From Vermamoeba vermiformis (taxonomy: Eukaryota): 49,681 nucleotides of DNA. The stretch covers positions 496,001 to 545,681 of the forward strand of contig JBEWZL010000076.1 of assembly GCA_045837725.1 (NCBI GenBank), read 5' to 3'. Every line of letters begins with the position of its first letter. The first letter of the stretch is position 1. Shown one piece after another: positions 10,743 to 23,989 of the stretch. Below the pieces are notes generated by a model, which had not been told where the DNA came from, searched no databases, and saw only the letters and a program-made list of their open reading frames with translations. A program made the translations under genes and the position numbers.

Positions 10743-13647
10743 ATGTCCGCTCGTCGCTCTTCAGTGCTTACCCGCCGCAAGAGAAAAGTTGCAGAAGTGG
10801 CGGATTGCGTTTCAGAAGACAAAAATCCACCAAAGCGTCAAAAGAAATTCTACGGTAATGATAATTATTATCCCAGTATTTCGCTAATCCGATTTTTGTG
10901 TTTTGATCAAAAAAAATTTGGATCGTTTCTTCTATTAGTTCTAATCCAGGCCCCAAAATATTAAAATTTCAAACCACCGCATTATTTTGATTTTTCGAAC
11001 ATTAACTAACGCCATATTTTAACTTGCTAAGGTTCGCAAAAGCGTACTTTGGATCTGCAAACGAACTCCGCTGTGGCTGGCGATGAAGGATACACACCTA
11101 ACCCGAACGGAAGTCGTGGTGAAAAGACGACCAGTCCACCAGGCTACAATACCAGTGTAGAAAGCCCCTCTCATGACGACATTGACGAATTGTTTGCTAC
11201 CGAAAAATTGAATTCAAAAGCGGCAGTGTTAGACTGGCTGAACAAAGTCGTCAAAACAATTCCAACCACTCAAGTAACGGACGTAAGTTCCAACAGTTTA
11301 TCGTCATTAATCTAATACGTTGCAGGTGTTGCGGACTATTGGGGCTCAATTTCCTCACTGTGTACCTCAGCTAACTAAGGATCGTGTTTATCGAGCGGCA
11401 TTAGACTCGCAACATGCAATTGGTTATAACAAAGAGCGGTTGCAAATTCCTTTCATCAATGGTGCTCCTGGCATTGGCAAGACACGCATGCTCTTGGAAT
11501 CGTTGAACATACTTAAGGTATTACTCGTCATGTGAAATCTCTTTCTGATTCGTGTGCAAGGAATGTGCAGCCTCAAAACCTGATGCTGAAGACGAGGTTG
11601 AAAGAAACTTTAAGAGAGTATTAGAGGACCCAATCAGGTGCACACTATTGTACACGAGCTGGGGAAATGGATCTAGCTTGAGTACGGTCCCACAAGTTTA
11701 TAAGTTATTGCCATACTAATCATGTCTGCAGACAATGAAGACGATGAATTTTGGAATTGTTCTGATTGTAGTGGAGTTGTAGCTATCAGAATAATATGGA
11801 AGTACTTCCTTAATCCTCTTCGTCAGACCTTGTTAGAGCATGTTGCTGTAACAAAGGCAATGGCTAAGTATTTAACTGTATGATTATCCCCACTTGGTTA
11901 TTGTTTCTTAACTGTTCTTTGCAGCTTGCTACATTGATTGAGCACTTAAAGAAGATAGGAGTCAAATACATAGTCCTAGCAATTGATGAAATGAATATGC
12001 TCTATGCTGATGGCAGTAACATGCAGCAATTTAAGAAGTTCATTACTTCAACTGTTAATGTAATGCTCAAGTTCTGCAATGATCTATTTGTACTTTATGC
12101 AGGTAAGCAAGTCATCACACATTGACAAAATCAACTGATCAGAGAGCAGGAACAATTTATAGTCCTGTAAAGTCTGTCATCATTGAGTCTCTAGCTGTTC
12201 CTGTTAGCATTTCACCAACCATGCTGTCTCTGTCTGATATGCACAAAATCCTTAATGGTAATAATTATAATACGAAGTGATTTGACTCTGATCAGGTTAG
12301 CTAACCTGCAAATATAGATTTGGCTTCCCACCCAGACAATTCTTATCTGGCTGGTTGGCAGTGTGCTGGTGCTTTCAGACAATGTGTTGCAGACATGTTA
12401 AATCCTCCACGTGCTTTTGACTATCTGATGATGGGAATTCAAGCATATTTTAGCCAGGTCAAGCACAAAAAAATGAACTTGTGGACACTGCCATATGCTA
12501 CTTTCATGGATGAAGTGGTGTTCAAAACTGACAGCAAGATGGCAGTTGTACCTGTAGCTGATGCTAAGATCCTCATTGAATATTGCATCACCAGGAAGCT
12601 TGTTAGGCCTGAACATGTCCTGCCAAGTGGAAAGACCATTGAGTGTGCTGCTCAGGAGGGCTATGTATTTGCGGCTGAACCTAAACAAGATGGAATGCCA
12701 GTTGCAGTGCCATTCTTCCTCCTCTATTATTGGTTGCAGAATGATCCAAAAGCTTTTGGTTGTGCTGCACATCTCTTCAAGTTTTCTTGGAATGATCCAA
12801 CTGCTATAGGACCAACAGCTTGGGAAATATTCAATGTCAACTATACAGCTTTCAAATTGACATTGCTTACTAGTGAACACACCAAAACAGTGCCGCTTTG
12901 TAAGTTACTTACATTAAGTACTGTCATTGTTATAATACTTTTTAGGTACATTTCACTCAGGTGCATTATTTGGTGATGAATGCAAAGTCTATTCAGTTCA
13001 ACCCAGACCCACCACTGCAGTTAGGCATTTGCAACAATTCCCAGCTTGTTTTGATGGCAATATGCAATCAAATTTCATGACCTCAATGATTGATGAGTCT
13101 CAACACCCTTCCTCATACATGGATACAGTGTGCTTGAATGGAAAAAACACTATTGGTATTGACACATTCTATTGGCTATCAGAAAATGTCATTGAACTTC
13201 AACAGTACAAGGCCAATGATGCTGACTCCCAAAACCCAACATTGACACAAGCTGACTTGGATAATGAATACCAAAAGGCTGAAGCATTGTTTAAGAAGTG
13301 TTTAGCTAAATGTGACCTTAAATTCATCTTTGGCTTGATCTCAAATAGGTCTGCTGAAGCAAATTTGACACTCAAGCCAAACATGTATGTTGTGCACAAA
13401 GGAAATATGGAGAAGTATTATGGTCATTCATTTGCCTCAGTAGCACAGATTAAGTGTAAGTTTCTTTGTTTGCATATTTACTGCAGATTTTGACTTGTTT
13501 GCAGCTTTCATTTCTGTCAATGTCAACACAGATGATGTGTCCAAGCTGATGAAGCTCAAGGGTGTTACTAAAGACAAAGCAGCACAAATAATCAAGGAAA
13601 GAAAGAAACGGCACTTTAACGTCGCGTGTGGTTGGCATTTGTGGTGA
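10743..13647 (+). CDS. Crinkler/CR-type protein: NLS + P-loop NTPase + PD-(D/E)xK-like nuclease + C-terminal HhH
   Basis: RRKRK..PPKRQKK NLS; Walker A GAPGIGKT; Walker B IVLAIDE; YAG|T; PPRA; WEIFNVNY; FHSGA; NGKNTIGID..ELQQYK (REase-like); VNVNT..LMKLKGV..DKAAQIIKER (HhH). Splices in frame. Confidence 0.75.
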
Positions 13648-13801
13648 ACAGGATGGGCTTGTAATTGAGTTTTAGCTTAGCGTGTAGTTTTTGCATTGAC
13701 CGTTGAAATATAAACCTTGTTTTACCTTGCTACTACTATCATACAGTTCGTATGTACAATTGTTTTGCCGTTTAGAATGGAAATTATTGTCCAAGCGATC
13801 T

Positions 13802-15868
13802 TCATTCAGCACGGTCGTGTGTGTTGCCTTCGCGGTACTTGAAACTCCTGAAGCTCAAGTAGAAGATGACTGTGAACAGGGCCATCATTCCAAAGTATAT
13901 CCAAAATTGAACAAACATCGGGGTCGAAGCAAGACCTGAACAAAGTTAGATTTAAAAAAGAAGACGATTGTCACGTGACATTCGTACCTTGCGAGATAAT
14001 AATCACGATAACAGCTCCGCCAGCAACAGCTAGTTGATAGAATGCCATTACAGTAGCTTTCAGGAACTCAGGTGCCTGCGAGTAAGCAATCTCAAGGCCT
14101 GTAACTGAAGTGAAGATCTCGCTGAGCGCAATCAACGAGTACTGCGGCACTTGATAGGCGACAGAGACTGAGTGGGGCTCGGACTTGTCGATGGTCATTT
14201 GCAGTAGTGCTGCCGCAACGAAGGCAGAGGCGGCGATGACTGCACACAAGCATTAGACAAACTTGACAGTCAAGTTATGCACAACACTTACCAAGACCTA
14301 CAACCATGCGCGTGATTGGCTTCAGAGGAAATCCTCGCTTACGCAGCATGGGCAAGAGCCACTGGTCGACAACTGGAATGAAAATCACAATCACAACTGG
14401 ATCGATGATCTGCGTCTGATCTGCGGTCACGCTGAACGAAGAGCTGAGCTGCAAATTCATCTCAGTAGCTTGTGAGATCCACGTGTTGGTCTGTTGATTG
14501 TACAGGGCCCAATAGACGGGCAGTGGAATAAATACCGCGAGAATTTTGAAGAAGTCTTTGTAGCCCTGCACAAAGGTCGCAGAATATGGTGGCACCGCCC
14601 AATCAAGCCAGTGCTCTTTGCGCTCGAGCAGCACTCCTTCACGCACATTGGCGCGCTTGTTTTCGACTGCTGTGCGCATCATTTTGAGGCCCTAATATTT
14701 GACCGGTCGTTAGGTCTTGAACAGTGCTAAATAGCATTAACAAGTGTAACACCGAACACGTACTTTGATCAATGCATTCTCGCGCGAGAGAGGTGGGCGA
14801 ACATAGCGCTCGCGCCCACTGATGAAGATGAGGAGTGCCACGAACATCATCACGGCGGGCAGTCCAAATGAGGCCCAGTAGCCATTGCCCCCTGAGAGTT
14901 GTGCGTGCAGAATGGGCGTCAACAGAATGCCACCAAAACTAACGCGCGTTAGTGCCGATAGTGCTGTGTGACTAGCATTACCTGCCAATATTGATGCACA
15001 AATAGAACAGTCTAAACACGCGCTCTGTGGTCAATTCGTCTGCATTGCGGATCTGATCTGCAACGAATGTGGACACATTGGCCTTGATGCCACCTATAAG
15101 TCATATTAATACACTAGTATACTACTACACGCTGCACGTGCAGTACCTGTGCCCGCGCCAATGAAGATGATGGCCACGACTACACCCGGCAGTCCAATGG
15201 TCGCTTGCAGACTCGGCAGTGCGGAGACCGTCAAGATGATGAGGCCGAGCAGATAGACAATCGACTAGGGACACAGCGAATATGAGCTCATTGAGGTGTA
15301 TATAGGCGCTGAGTTGAGTACTTACGAGAGCCCAAATCGTTTTGAACTTGCCCCACCACACATCAGCGACTATACCGCCAGGCAGACACATGGTATAGGC
15401 CCAGAAAGTGAGGGTGGAGGTCAGCGTCGTGGCCTCTTTTGGACTCAGCGCCAGTCGTTCGGTCAAGTACAGCTGCACGTGTCAGTCTCTCGGGGCTATG
15501 GGCTGTTAGGACGTACCTGCAGGACAGCGACAATGCCATAATAGGCAAATCTCTCGCATAATTCGGTGACGAGAATAAAATACGAAGCTATTGGAATGGA
15601 AGTTGTTTTGTTGTGCTGATCTTCATCTTGCAGGAAGTCGTCGTCAAGCGTTATTGTATCATCGTCTTATTAATTAATTGATTAATTAATTATGGCAATT
15701 AATCGACGTATCTTGAGCGTAGGAGTATCAATGATAATAATTGTAAATAAATAAAAGTTTTTAATTTCCAATGCTCGACCATGATTTTGATGACTCACCG
15801 TTAGAACTAATAGTTTGTAGAAGAATTTCTTGCTCTTCTTCTTTTTTAATAGGCAGTGCATCGTTCAT
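13802..15868 (-). CDS. Proton-dependent oligopeptide transporter (POT/PTR, SLC15-like)
   Basis: ELCERFAYYG (ExxERFxYY), GGIVADVWWGKFKTI, GGIKANVSTFVADQ, CINIGS, WALYNQ, QVPQYSLIALSEIF..TGLEIAYSQAP. Confidence 0.93.
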
Positions 15869-16083
15869 TGTTTTTAACTTCGTCTTTTCATTAGATCCGT
15901 ATAACTCCGCTCTGTACAATACTTAGGCGCTAATGGTGTATTAAACAGGCCGTAGGTTGATCAAAAGGACCGCAAAAATAGACCATTTGTATTCGTGCAC
16001 CACGTGCCGACTCACAAAGAAGAAGATTATAATACATTTTTATGCACACGAGCTCTAACAGTGCAATTAACCGTTATTATCAA

Positions 16084-19000
16084 TTAACCGTTATTTTGCA
16101 CGGTGTTGTTCAGGTTGTTGATGGATTGACTTTTGCTCAAGCCAGGCGCGTCTTTTTCTTTCTCCTTTTCTTTCTTCTCTTTGCCTGGATGTGCCATAAT
16201 GTGCAGCGCGTTGTTCCACTGTTGGAATTTAGTCTTCAAGCTCGTCCATATGAGCGTCTCGAATTTCTTGGTAGCCTGTTCGTCGTTCAGATTCAACGAG
16301 AACGCTTCTCTGAGGTAATCGATGTCCTTTTCAGTGCGCAGCTCCGGAATGCCCGTGGAAATCATCTATGATCCTTAATGAGACTAGGCCTCTATTGTAT
16401 ATGACACGTGGACATACCATGGCGAACAAGTTGATGAACACATTGGCTCGTTTGCGCAGAATGTTGTAAGCCTTGCAACACAGTGCAATGAACCACTTGA
16501 ACAGCGCGTGTTCTGTGCCGCCCATCACGTACGCAAACTACCAGCACGTGATTAGATTACTATATTAGGAAGTGCAGAGTGACGCGTACCTCAGGCGTGA
16601 AGACAAACGGAGCGCGATCTCTGTTGATGGCACCAAACTTCTCGACATTGCCCAAAAAGCGGCCAAAGTCAATGTCTAGCAGTGCCGTTAGTAAGTGACG
16701 CGTGAACAGCGACTAGAGTCAAACGTACGGAACATGTGGCCTTTGGTGGTGCACATAATGTTGTCGTTGTGTCGATCGCCAATGCCGAGCACATATGTCG
16801 CCACGCAATACCCCGCACAGGAGCGAATAAAGTCCTTGACGCACATCTTGTAGTCAGCGTCTGGGGGAGTGTTAAGTGCGTTAGATCCAATCGGACTAGT
16901 AGTACTAACTGTGTCTTACCATCAGGATTGTGCTTGCGCAGCCAGTGTTGCAAAGGCTTTTCACTGAACGCGGCCTTGAAACCACCGCCGTATTGCTAGT
17001 AGAGCCAGTTAGTGACCAGCCTGGCCGCACTAAAATCAAGAGACTCACCTTTTGGATGCCCGCAGTAGTCTCGGCATTGAGCACGACTTCAATCATGCCG
17101 GTCTCATTGCCTGTTTCTACGCAGTGATAAGGCGACATTTTGAGATCGAGTCCTTCGTTCAGCCACATCTGATCCATCAGGCGGAACATTTGGAGCGTCA
17201 GTTGATCCTGGCGCAGATCATCACCAACTTTAAATATCACGTGGATTGGATCACCGAGACTGTCTGCATTTTGAAATACTAGCCACAGCGGTAGCTACGA
17301 TAATATTGGTTATTTCGGTCGGACAGTTTTTCATATCACTTACCGTCTTCGAGTCAAGATATTTACACTTATCTACAATGAATTTGGTGCCAATAAGACT
17401 AAATAATTTAAATTATTATACAGCTGTTAAATCACGATTAAAACCAAAATACGTACTTGGAGTCAATTGGGATCTGCACTTGTTCAGGCAGTTGAAACTG
17501 CAGGGCTTCGAGTTGTTCGCGTAAAAATAAGAGTGCTTTTTTCTTATCTTTAATTGTCTTCAAGTTGGTAGCAATCTACGAAAATTACTATTAGGGCTGA
17601 AGTTGTCCAAAAATAATTAGGGCGGGGAAGAGTACAACAATTTCACATCGTCGTAGTTATTTGCACCTTTTGGTCTCAGTCTCGCGAAAGTCTTGTCGCA
17701 TGTTTGGTGGCAACAAATTGACCGTAAGTAATCGGCTACCGAAAATTTATTTTGACACTTCGACTTTGACACGTGTCATTTAAATGAAAGAAAGCAAGAT
17801 TTCTCAGATAACGAATCAATAAATTACGGATAATGGTGCAGAATAACTCGCGACTGAAGTTGTAATTTGATGTTGCAACATCGGTTGTTCGAACAAAAAA
17901 AAGTAAATGTAAGAATGGTACTTACGTCCGTGAGCTTATCGTACAGGAAGCATTGGCACTTGAGGTCTTGTCTGAATCTGCCGCAGAATCGTAAATAGAT
18001 CTCCAACACCACGGCATATCGCTCGCGATAAGGCGAGACTTTGCTGAGGCACGCTTTCATGAGCCAAAAGAAGTAGTGACCGAGTTGCGTTTGATTGAAC
18101 ACCGCTTTGATGATCAAGAACCGCGCGAGCATGCTGTCGTGATTGTACTCGTGCTTCAGAGCCTGAACTAGCTGCAACAGCACTTGTTGCAACTCGTCAT
18201 CTGAGAGGCGCTGCAAGTAATACACGGCAAACTCGCGCACAAACTTGTCGGAGAAATTGTGGTTGAGCAGCTCGAGTGCGTCAATGGGCTCGATGTCCAC
18301 CCACTGCTGCAACAAGCTGTACACTTCGGTGCTCACTAACGGATCTCCCCAAGGCACTGACAACAAGAACTTTGCCACGGCCTTGGGCTGCGTCTTGCAC
18401 CACGATCTAAACCTCCACAACATTTGCTGCCACAGAAATTAATTGATTATTGACGAGCAGAATAGTGCCAAGTTACCTTCTCTTCATCGCTAGGTCGGTA
18501 CAAAGGATCGGTGTTGATCAACTCTTGCAGTCGCGGCAATATATTGCGCGGTACAGCTTCGTGATGCTGATCCTCCAGCGGTGATTTTAGCACCTCGTCG
18601 TGGAGGTCAATGCTCGGGAACATCACTGGATAATCGTACGATTCGACTTCAAAATGTACTTTAGGTCCGTCTGGCACCTCCAAGAGTGGCGCTGTATAAT
18701 ATAACCCCAACTGTTAGTACCTCTCTGATGTGTGCTACTTAACGACGTACCCATCACATCCGCATCAGCGCCGATCCACAGTGGATGCGACTGAGGGCCA
18801 GTGAAAGCTAGACCTCGATAGTCAAACACCCGCATGTTGCACCAGGCTATGAGCGTGGTCTTTTTGTTGGAGACAGTGCGCACCTGAATGTGCAGCACCG
18901 CACTCCACGGTATCGCGGTGTAGCTGCCGAGACTGACCCACTCGCTGGGACAGAAATTCACCTCTTCTTCCACCCTGTGCAATGGGTGAGCACGCACTAT

Positions 19001-22000
19001 TAGTCGATTTACCACTTACTTCAAGGTCCAAGGAATGATCGGCTGATTGCGCAGATTGAGCATTTGACCGTTGCAATAGAGTGCGAATGAGACGTAAGTG
19101 TCGGGCAATGATTTTTTGTTGAGCTTGAGTGCCTTGAGCTGATCGGGCGTGAAGGGTTCTAGTCGTTTCATGCGCAACATGAGTGGTTGTTCGAGAGCCC
19201 ATGAGCTATATGCAGCCGTGAGCTGATTGGTGTAGTTCATATTCACGTTGAAACTCTCGCGTCGTCCGTCACTGGTGAGCGAGTCAAACACGGGCAGTGA
19301 AGTGTTGCGACCGAGCGAGGCCAGAGTGGGGATATTGGGCGCTGATACGGCCCCAACACTCTGCGCGGGACTGCTGGTGGTGCGCGGGGTCGTATCACTC
19401 ACCGAGGGACTGCTGCTCAGAGTGGCAGTGGTGTCTGAGGGACTCGTGCTCAGGGTCTCTGTGCCCGTGAGTGCAGTGTCAGGGGTCTGATTGGGTGCTT
19501 GAGTGGGCTCTTCCTCCGTGGTGTGGATTTGTGACACGGTACTGTCCATCGCTCCAGTAACAGGACTAGTGGAGAGCGGCGAGGTAGTACTTTGATTGGA
19601 TTCAGCGAGCAGTTCGGACACATCTGCAGCACTCATCAGAGACTTGCGATCACCAGGGGCTGCCTCAGTGCTGGTTTGCGGCTCAACAGGCGCAGCATCG
19701 GGCTGTTGCACAGTAACAGGCTCCGCGCGAGTGTTAGTGAGCAGAGTCTGCACGACCGATAGCTGTTTGTAGGGACTGATTTCCTCGACATTGCCACGAC
19801 GTCGCTTCACGCGTTCAGTGTTGCGCAGATATTCACGCACGTCTTCGCTGATGAAGTTGCGGTGATACACGACAACAGCGAGCTCGCGTCTCTTTCTGAG
19901 TGCATCGCGGATGTACGGCAGTGAAATGAGCAGCATGCTCGAGGTCAAATACTCGTCAATGCCCCGTACTTTGAGAATGAAGTCCCTCGCACTCGCTGCA
20001 CTTGGGAATGAGCTCGGGGCTGCGTCAAATATCGCGCTCAACACTTCTTCACACGAGGCGAGCAGTTTGACGTCGACTGACTTGCACACAGACGGATCAT
20101 CTTGCGGCAAATACCACAACAATTTGAACTCCTGCGGCAAGTGTTTGCAATAAATCTTCTCCATCGTGGGCGTGAATTGTGCCATTGAATGACGCGTGCG
20201 ACGGAATGTTGTTCGGAACACTGAACTCATCGTCCTAGGGGTAGGTGAATAAATGCCTATTGTTATCTGCAGCAAACAAGTGACTTACTTGCGCATTGCG
20301 GCTCTAAAGTCGTTAATTTCAATGCTGTGCGGCACAGTGACACCAATCATGTCGCTGATTTCTTGTTGCACGAGCTCTTGCTCCACACGCGGCACAAAAT
20401 ACACGAGAGGAGGCTCGAATTCTTTGAGGCAGTATTCGATGTACGGTGTCTCCATGCTAACGGTACGACGATTAGTTGTTGTTTGTTATAACATTCGTGC
20501 TTACAATGTCAAACTTTCATCGGTCCAGTAATCATCGTCCTCAGCGCGCAGCACGTAATCGTTTTCGGTGCCGAGTAATTTGTGCTTTTTGACCACTTCT
20601 TGATAGAGTGACACTTTGACACTTTCAATCGACTCGTTGCGCGACACTGGCATGCGCACTTGATCAGCGACCGAGGGGATTTTAAAAGTGATGTTCAGCT
20701 GTTCAAACTTGTTCAACATTTCACCCGCAAATGAATCGCGAGCGCCCTCAGTACTCTCGACAGTGCTACGCGATACTTCAGAAGGGCGTGCCATGGGTGC
20801 GGGTTCCAGTCTGAGCGGATCTGACACGGTCATCGATCGAGCGCTGATTTGTCGCACAATTGCCACATTGCGCGAGCTAATCGAAGGACGCGAGGCCAAG
20901 AACCGCGTGCTAGCGCGCTTGTCCGTTGCAGAGCCCTGCGGTGAAGTGCTGAGCTCGCGCGGACTGGTCTGTGGCTGCACTGAAGTGGCGGCAGTGCTGT
21001 CGGTGTTGAGTGGAATGGCTGGGACAGCAGTACTCGCGGTCTGTTCGCTCTCAGTGGGCATATTCTGTGCACTAGCGACGGACACAGAGCTGTCAGGACT
21101 GGTCTCACTGACTTCTGCTGTCTCAGGCGGCTTAATGACTATACCATTCGACGACCTCAAGCCTCCGATGGTTACGCCTGACACAGATCCACGTCGTTCT
21201 TTGCGCACATTTTGATTGTTGAGCACTAAAATGGATCACAATTAACAGCTGCTGGCGTTAATTTATCGGTGGCGTACTGACCCTTTTGTGACCAAGTGAG
21301 CGGTGTGCTATTATTAGTCACATGATCGCTCGTCGATTCACTGCGTATTTTACGTTCATTATCAGCGTCATTATTGTTGTTAATGTTGCCTGGTTCTTCG
21401 CTAATGATGATTTGTTTTTTTACAATTGCCGATTCGGTGTAGGCAAATGAGGGTCGATAGGTCCTGTCGTAGAGTGGATTGATCTCGCCCTGTGCGATGA
21501 TGGGGGCACTTGAGTTGCGTATTGAATTAGGCAGACTCGTTTGGGCGTCAGCTGCGCTAGCTGGCGCTGAACTGTCAGTTGAATCTGGTGCTACAAAGAA
21601 CCAAAAGTTAGCAAAATTTTAGTGCAATATGTGATGACATATTTGAATATGAAAAGACCGTTAATTTAAATTTGAGCTGATCAAATTGGATCGTGGCATA
21701 TTACTGCATTATTACGGGTGCCAACATTTAGGATTGCATTATTTATTTGATTATCACTATATTTCATGTTAAAATGTTACTTGCACCGACCCAAACCCTA
21801 AATTCCAAATCCCAAACGAAAATATTTTGTTTTTCCGACATACGAATTAAAATTTGAATCAAAGGCATTACCTTTAGCTTTGTTAGTTTGTAAACTATCA
21901 TCATTATTTGGAATGTAAGCTGAAGACGCAAGTGCAGGCCCATTCGAAAGGAAATCTAAGTCCTCCTTGGCTGGATTCTTCTTCTTAGTTGGAATATGAC

Positions 22001-22289
22001 GTGCTTTTTTCTGCATAATGCTTTCAATATTTTGAATTTTTGTTGAAACGCTCGAAAGAATATCTTCCAGCAGATCAACAGTTGACGAACTTGGCTGGAT
22101 GTGAGGTACGCTGTCATTCGTTATTTGAACGTCTTTTTCCTCGTCATTAATTGTATTATCATTAATTATATTAGCACTGTTATTAGAATCTTCAGCAGCT
22201 GCTAGATCTGCGAACAAGTCCTTCTCGTGCTGCGCGAACTGCGACAAGATGTCGTCCAGCGAGTTCGCATTATGTGATTGATCAGCCAT
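16084..22289 (-). CDS. Class I phosphatidylinositol 3-kinase (long N-terminus, RBD, C2, helical, kinase domains)
   Basis: [43 protein letters not shown], helical [14 protein letters not shown]-like [12 protein letters not shown]. Confidence 0.93.
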
Positions 22290-22442
22290 CTACATTCACT
22301 TGCACATTCTAATGTTGATCTCTTGCTGGTTAGAAGAGAAATTAAAACAAAGATTTTGGATCACCACGATTTTTTTGTGATCAAGTTTGAGCTCGCACAG
22401 ATCAAAGAGAAAATCACTGTAAATCTAGTACCACATCGAAGT

Positions 22443-23875
22443 TTATTTGTTTGTAGCAGAGAGAGCTGCGACAATCTTCTTACAACGCTCCATTTTCTTC
22501 TCGAGTTTGACTGCAGCGCGTGCCTGTTCGATAAAAAAGTCGCGAGTTAATAAGTGATTATTAGTACTAGCAAAGGTTCGTTATAGACTAGACTTACCTT
22601 CTTGGCCTTACGTAGCTCGCGTTTCTTTTCTTTCTTCAGCTCGTCCTTGCCCTCCTCGTCTGCATTCACATCGTCCTTGTTGTCCTCGTTCTCCGCATTG
22701 TTTTTCTTGGAATTTTTATTCTTATTGTCCGCAGCACTCTCGTCGGAAGAGCTCTCCGAACTGCTGTCACTGTCACTGCTCGACTCGTCTTTTTTGACTT
22801 GTTTCTTCTTCTTGCTGCTCTTCTTCTTTTCACTCTCAGAACTGCTCGAACTGTCGCTGCTGTCACTGTCGTTCTTCTTCTTGTCGGTCTTATTCTTTTT
22901 GTCTTTGCTGGACTTCTTTTTCTTCTCGCTCTCAGAACTGCTCGAGCTGTCACTGTCGCTGCTGTCACTCTTATTTCCTTTTTTGGCTTTGCTCTTCTTG
23001 TTCTTGTCCTCGCTCTCGCTGTCACTGCTCTCGTCTTTCTCGCTGTTGTTTTTCAGCTTCTCGGCCCACTCTTTCATTTTTTGTTCTTTTTTGGTCTGTT
23101 TCTCTTCGTGCTTCTTCACAAAGTCACTCGCTGTTTGCGCCAAGCGCTGTGCACACGTGGTTATTATTATTCCGAACGTATTTTCTTAAGAAGGGTGTAC
23201 TTACCTTCTTCGAATTCTCAGCACCTGTTTTCAAGTATTCTACCAACAGTTCGAAGGTGTCGTCGTTGATCTGAAAATAACAAGTCAGATCACTTGCATA
23301 GAGGAGCGGCACGGCTTACCAAGTCAAGGTCGAGTATATTCTGCTCTAAATATACTTGGCGCACTTTTTGGAACTTCCAATTCTTATTGTCGTTCTTCCA
23401 CTGCTTCAAATACAAGACCGCTGGATGTTCTGCTGGATTTGCGTAGGCTGCAAGTATTCCGTTAGCTAACGCCAGAAGTGACATTAAGATGTCGAAAATA
23501 TAACATTTCTGGTGCGTTCTGCCATGGATCGCAGATCGGATCGGGATCCAAAAGCGAGCTCGTTACAGAAAAATTCGAAAATAACAACTCGAGCTAACTT
23601 ACTCTTTGCATGTTTGATCTTTTCCTTATAACGACGTTTTAATTTTTTAGCCTGCTTTCCTGTATTTTTAAAATAAGTAAGATCCCAAAAATTTTACTTG
23701 ATAATAACCTACCACTGTAATTATCATTGAAGTCTTTATCATTGTCTGATTCATCCTTCTTTTGCTTCTTTTTAGGAGGCTCGTTTGATTCAGTTTTTGC
23801 TTTGGCTGACTGATCGGCTGGCGCAGCAGATTCGAGCTGATCTGCCTTTCGCTTCTTACTGTCAGTAGTAGACAT
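22443..23875 (-). CDS. WKF-domain protein (C7orf50-like) with Ser/Lys/Asp low-complexity region
   Basis: AVLYLKQWKNDNKNWKFQKVRQVYL..FELLVEYL; basic N-terminus; last exon ..ERCKKIVAALSATNK*. Confidence 0.82.
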
Positions 23876-23989
23876 TGGTGTTATCGATAATATAGGCTGA
23901 AGGTTAATGACACCTGAACACGTTGACCAAAATTTTTATTTGGTTTTTAAGATCGCAACAAGTCTTGTTAGCGTCACTCGCTTGTAATT

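Noticed and set aside
22602-23269. Leu/Ser/Phe-rich plus-strand ORFs resembling membrane proteins
   Set aside because: Antisense shadow of the Lys/Ser/Glu-rich WKF gene.
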